Source of the DNA: a virus
Lineage: Duplodnaviria; Caudoviricetes
DNA length: 37,420 nucleotides
Virus record (IMG/VR): IMGVR_UViG_3300032239_000119
Span: 1-37,420 of that record
Strand: one strand, 5' to 3'
Position numbers and translations under genes: made by a program. Below the pieces are notes generated by a model. It was not told the DNA's origin. It did no database searches and saw nothing but the letters and a program-made list of their open reading frames with translations. Shown here one piece after another: positions 33,945 to 37,420 of the stretch. Within the stretch, counting starts at the first letter, position 1. Each line of letters starts with the position of its first letter.

Positions 33945-35915
33945 ATGACAATACTCTGGCTCGATTACGAAACACGCTCACGATGCGACTTACGCAGCCG
34001 TGGGTCTTATAACTATGCTCAGGATCCAAGCACCCAAATCATCTGTATGGCGTACGCCTTTGATGATGAGGACGTTGCCCTATGGACGCCTGACTCACCT
34101 TTCCCTTTGCGTGTAGCGCAACACTTTTTTGATGATGGGCAGATCAGAGCGCATAACGCTGGCTTTGATCGCTTGATTACCGAATACGTTTTATGCCATG
34201 ACTTCAAGGTGCCTTCGACATTGTTAACGCAGTGGTATTGCACCGCAGCACAAGCAAGAGCTAACTGCGCTCCAGGCTCACTTGAAGATGTTGGACGCTT
34301 TGCTAGTAGCAGTATGCGTAAAGACCACCGAGGCAATCAATTAATACGTTTGTTGTGTATCCCCAAGGCTGATGGTACATTCAATACAGACCCCACCTTG
34401 TTGGCAGAAATGGGCAACTACGCCTTGCAAGATGTTAGAACCATGCGTTCTATCTCACAAGCTATGAGGCAATTGTCCCCTGATGAGTTGCTTGACTACC
34501 ATGTCAATGAGCGCATCAATGACCGAGGCGTGTTACTAGACAAGCCTTTGGCTGAGTCAGCGATCCGTTACGCAAGCGTTGAGCTAGAAGAAATTGAGCG
34601 TATCGTTGCCGAAGTGACTGAAGGTGAGATCACTTCAGTTCGCAGTCCTAAGATGCGTGAGTGGGTCTTAGCGCGGGTCGGCGATGAAGCTAAGAAATTA
34701 ATGGAAGTGTATAAAGATGGCGACAAGAAATATTCGATCGACAAGTCAGTTCGAGCTAACCTACTTATTCTTGCTGAAGAAAACCCCGATGAAATACCGG
34801 CGGAAGTTGCAGATGTTATCCAATGTGCGGACGACCTATGGGCGTCTAGTGTTGCGAAATTCAACCGATTAAGGGAGTTAGCTGATGAAGAAGATCACCG
34901 CGTTCGTGGGGCTTTTGTCTTTGCAGGTGGAAGCGCTACGGGACGCGCTTCGTCCTACGGCGCCCAAGTCCACAACTTTACCCGCAAGTGCGCTAAGGAT
35001 CCTGATGCCGTTAGACAAGCTATGGTTAGAGGCCACGCAATTGTCCCTGCCTTTGGACGCAGAGTTACCGACGTCCTTAAAGGAATGTTACGACCAGCTC
35101 TTATCCCCGCAGCAAAAAAGTCATTGGTCGTTGCAGATTGGTCAGGAATCGAAGCCCGAGTTAACCCTTGGCTCTCCAATTCCGATGCCGGTATTCAGAA
35201 GCTATCGCTCTTTGCACGAGGCGAGGACGTCTATAAAGTTAACGCAGCAGCAACCTTCCACATCTCTGTTGCCGATGTTAACAATGAGCAACGGCAAATT
35301 GGTAAAGTCCAAGAATTAGCCTGTGGCTTTGCAGGGGGTATAGGAGCGTTTGCTGCAATGGGACGCGCCTATGGCATTTTGTTACCTGAGCCTCAAGCCA
35401 AGCGAATGGTCACAGCGTGGCGTCTAGCGAATCCGTGGGCTACTCCGTATTGGCAAGACCTTGAAGAAGCGTACACAAGGGCGATGCGTAACCCCAAGCA
35501 TGAGTTTAGTGCGGGTAGGGTTACCTATATGTTCGACGGCTTGCATCTTTGGTATGCTCTACCTTCGGGTAGAGTTCTTTGTTACCCATTTGCAAGGTTA
35601 GAAGAAGATGGTGTTACGTATGCGAAAGCCGCATGGAAGCCCGCAGCCGATGCAAAAGAATGGCCTAGAGCAAGACTATGGAAAGGATTGGCGTGTGAAA
35701 ACATTACGCAAGCTGTTGCTAACGATTTACTGCGTCATTCTTTACGGGAGTTGGATAATGTTGTTCTCCACATCCACGATGAGATCGTGGTAGAAACCAA
35801 TCAGCCAGAAGCGGTAATGCTCGAGATGAAGCGTGTGATGTGCAACGCGCCTGATTGGGCTACGGGAATACCATTAGATGTAGAGATTCATACGATGCAG
35901 CGTTACGGCAAATAA
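33945..35915 (+). CDS. Family A DNA polymerase with 3'-5' exonuclease
   Basis: LDYET, AHNAGFD, YALQDV; ATGRASS, ADWSGIEAR (A), RQIGKVQELACGF (B), IHDE (C). Confidence 0.93.
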   Translation: MTILWLDYETRSRCDLRSRGSYNYAQDPSTQIICMAYAFDDEDVALWTPDSPFPLRVAQHFFDDGQIRAHNAGFDRLITEYVLCHDFKVPSTLLTQWYCTAAQARANCAPGSLEDVGRFASSSMRKDHRGNQLIRLLCIPKADGTFNTDPTLLAEMGNYALQDVRTMRSISQAMRQLSPDELLDYHVNERINDRGVLLDKPLAESAIRYASVELEEIERIVAEVTEGEITSVRSPKMREWVLARVGDEAKKLMEVYKDGDKKYSIDKSVRANLLILAEENPDEIPAEVADVIQCADDLWASSVAKFNRLRELADEEDHRVRGAFVFAGGSATGRASSYGAQVHNFTRKCAKDPDAVRQAMVRGHAIVPAFGRRVTDVLKGMLRPALIPAAKKSLVVADWSGIEARVNPWLSNSDAGIQKLSLFARGEDVYKVNAAATFHISVADVNNEQRQIGKVQELACGFAGGIGAFAAMGRAYGILLPEPQAKRMVTAWRLANPWATPYWQDLEEAYTRAMRNPKHEFSAGRVTYMFDGLHLWYALPSGRVLCYPFARLEEDGVTYAKAAWKPAADAKEWPRARLWKGLACENITQAVANDLLRHSLRELDNVVLHIHDEIVVETNQPEAVMLEMKRVMCNAPDWATGIPLDVEIHTMQRYGK

Positions 35916-35947
35916 AAAGAAAAACCCCCTAGTGTTTAGCTAGGGGG
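35914..35947 (-). terminator. Hairpin CCCCCTAG/CTAGGGGG with a U-tract on the minus strand
   Basis: 8-bp perfect stem preceded by AAAAAGAAAAA. Confidence 0.6.
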
Positions 35948-35971
35948 CAAACCTCACGAAAGGTAGTCCAA

Positions 35972-37420
35972 ATGAACTTTGTTGAATATATCATAGGCTT
36001 AGCACCCGAGGGTGAAACCGCTTTAATTGTTAGGCAAAAACCACAGTTAGATGGCAACGGCATGATGCAAGCCCACGCTGATGGCACTTTAAAGTGTACG
36101 TGGCCTGCTTTTCTGCCAACTGCCAAGACTAAGAAGGACTGGGCGATCTATGGCAATACAGGTTCGTTTATCCTAGACCGCTTTACCGATGGCAAGATAT
36201 CCGCATCGTCTGCCAATTGTGAATACGTCCTTGTGATGATGTTAGATGACATCGGCACGAAGTCTAAAGAGCCACCACTTGCGCCTACATGGATTATGGA
36301 AACCTCAGAGGGTTCCTTTCAATGGGGATATGCGTTTAAAGAACAGCCAAATAAGGGCGACTTTACCGCAGCCATTAAAGCAATCGCTAAGGCTGGATAC
36401 ACCGATCCGGGCGCAACCAATGCGGTTCGCAACTTCCGTCTGCCTGGTTCGGTTAACTTAAAGCCTGGGCGTGATAGCTTTGCTTCCGTATTGCGTGAGT
36501 TCCACCCTGAGCGTGAATATAACCTTGAAGATATCTGCACCGCCCTTGATGTTGTACCTGACCCTGCCGACACCGCAACCAACATAGCTATCCGTTTAGC
36601 TGATACAGGTAAGGATACAGTCCTGACTTGGCTTAATGAGCGTGGTCTAGTGCTGTCTGCGCCTAATGGCGAAGGATGGGCGGGGGTCGTTTGCCCTAAC
36701 AACGCTAGTCATACCGATGGCAACATCGAAGGGCGCTATAAGCCCCTTGATCGTAGCTACTGCTGTTTGCATGGTCATTGCATCGACTTTAGCTCGCAGA
36801 TGTTTCTTGATTGGGTCGCTCAGAATGAAGGCCCGAAGGTCGATCATGGCTTGCGTGATGAGCTACTAGCAGAGAAGATGAACTCAGCGCTCTCCAAGCT
36901 AACCCCTAACGAGGTCTACAGGGATACGGGCGCTGAACTGATTGCCGAGGTTGAGCGCAAGGAATTAGGACGCATTGAGAAGGCGGATTGGTACAAGCGC
37001 TTTGCTTACATACAAGACGATGAGTCCTACTTTGATATGCAAGACCGACGTGAGGTCAGTCGCCAGACGTTCAACGCTTTGTTTCGTCATGTATCGTGCA
37101 AATCCCTTCATACAGGGCGCAAAGTAGAAGCATCCATTTGCTTTGATGAGAATCGTCAAGCAATGGGCGCCAAGGCGCTCGTTGGTGTGACTTACGCAGC
37201 AGGCGAAGATGTGATTGTATCCCGTGATGGCGACTTGTTTGGTAATCGTTGGCGTGACGCAAGACCAAGCGTCGCTCATGCTGACAACGCTGACATCTCT
37301 ATGTGGATGAACCATTGTCAAGAGCTTGTGCCAGAGTCAGATGAGCTAAATCATATCTTTGATGTGATGGCTTTCAAAGTGCAACACCCTGAGATCAAGG
37401 TCAATCACGCTATTCTTCAC
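35972..37420 (+). CDS. Primase-helicase N-terminal part (RepB/AEP-like primase plus Zn-binding region); ~766 aa in total with 12..863
   Basis: GAAAGG SD; MLDDIGTK, METSEGSFQWGY, RNFRLPGS.N.K, CPN...H, CLHGHC; missing from the ORF track because it runs off the end. Confidence 0.85.
   Translation, partial: MNFVEYIIGLAPEGETALIVRQKPQLDGNGMMQAHADGTLKCTWPAFLPTAKTKKDWAIYGNTGSFILDRFTDGKISASSANCEYVLVMMLDDIGTKSKEPPLAPTWIMETSEGSFQWGYAFKEQPNKGDFTAAIKAIAKAGYTDPGATNAVRNFRLPGSVNLKPGRDSFASVLREFHPEREYNLEDICTALDVVPDPADTATNIAIRLADTGKDTVLTWLNERGLVLSAPNGEGWAGVVCPNNASHTDGNIEGRYKPLDRSYCCLHGHCIDFSSQMFLDWVAQNEGPKVDHGLRDELLAEKMNSALSKLTPNEVYRDTGAELIAEVERKELGRIEKADWYKRFAYIQDDESYFDMQDRREVSRQTFNALFRHVSCKSLHTGRKVEASICFDENRQAMGAKALVGVTYAAGEDVIVSRDGDLFGNRWRDARPSVAHADNADISMWMNHCQELVPESDELNHIFDVMAFKVQHPEIKVNHAILH

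Noticed and set aside
33719-33946. Minus-strand 75-aa ORF
   Set aside because: A plus-strand 53-aa ORF with an SD fits the operon direction better
34885-35319. 144-aa alternative-frame ORF inside the polymerase
   Set aside because: No recognisable motif or convincing SD, unlike the nested ORFs in the MTase and Rz
1-37420. Alternative genetic code, introns or inteins
   Set aside because: Core genes are full length under the standard code with ordinary sizes

Overview
The window is very probably a complete, circularly permuted genome (~37.4 kb) of a tailed podovirus-type dsDNA phage of a Gram-negative host. The last 11 nt duplicate the first 11 nt, and a primase-helicase ORF runs through the junction. 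Layout: leftward early operon of tiny genes (906-2612); non-coding region with a dense array of TTGTCCACA (DnaA-box-like) 9-mers (2734-3130); rightward late operon (TerS, TerL, GroES, P22-like portal, Dps-like protein, fibres/tailspike, scaffold, P22-like coat, tail hub proteins, a cupin-SET fusion, three ejection proteins, lysis cassette with nested Rz/Rz1 and a GH19 endolysin); leftward operon (VRR-NUC nuclease, C5 methyltransferase with a nested second-frame polypeptide, SNF2 helicase, small ORFs); rightward replication operon (Cas4-like nuclease, SSB, family A polymerase, primase-helicase). I see no integrase, repressor, tRNA or CRISPR array. The main points of interest are the SET methyltransferase in the virion module alongside Lys-rich basic mini-proteins, the DnaA-box-like array, the EcoHK31I-beta-like nested ORF, a four-way-junction RNA in place of a Shine-Dalgarno upstream of the polymerase, and a shared NALA terminal peptide that may be a virion-packaging tag. 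All calls are from motif recognition by eye; no database searches were run.
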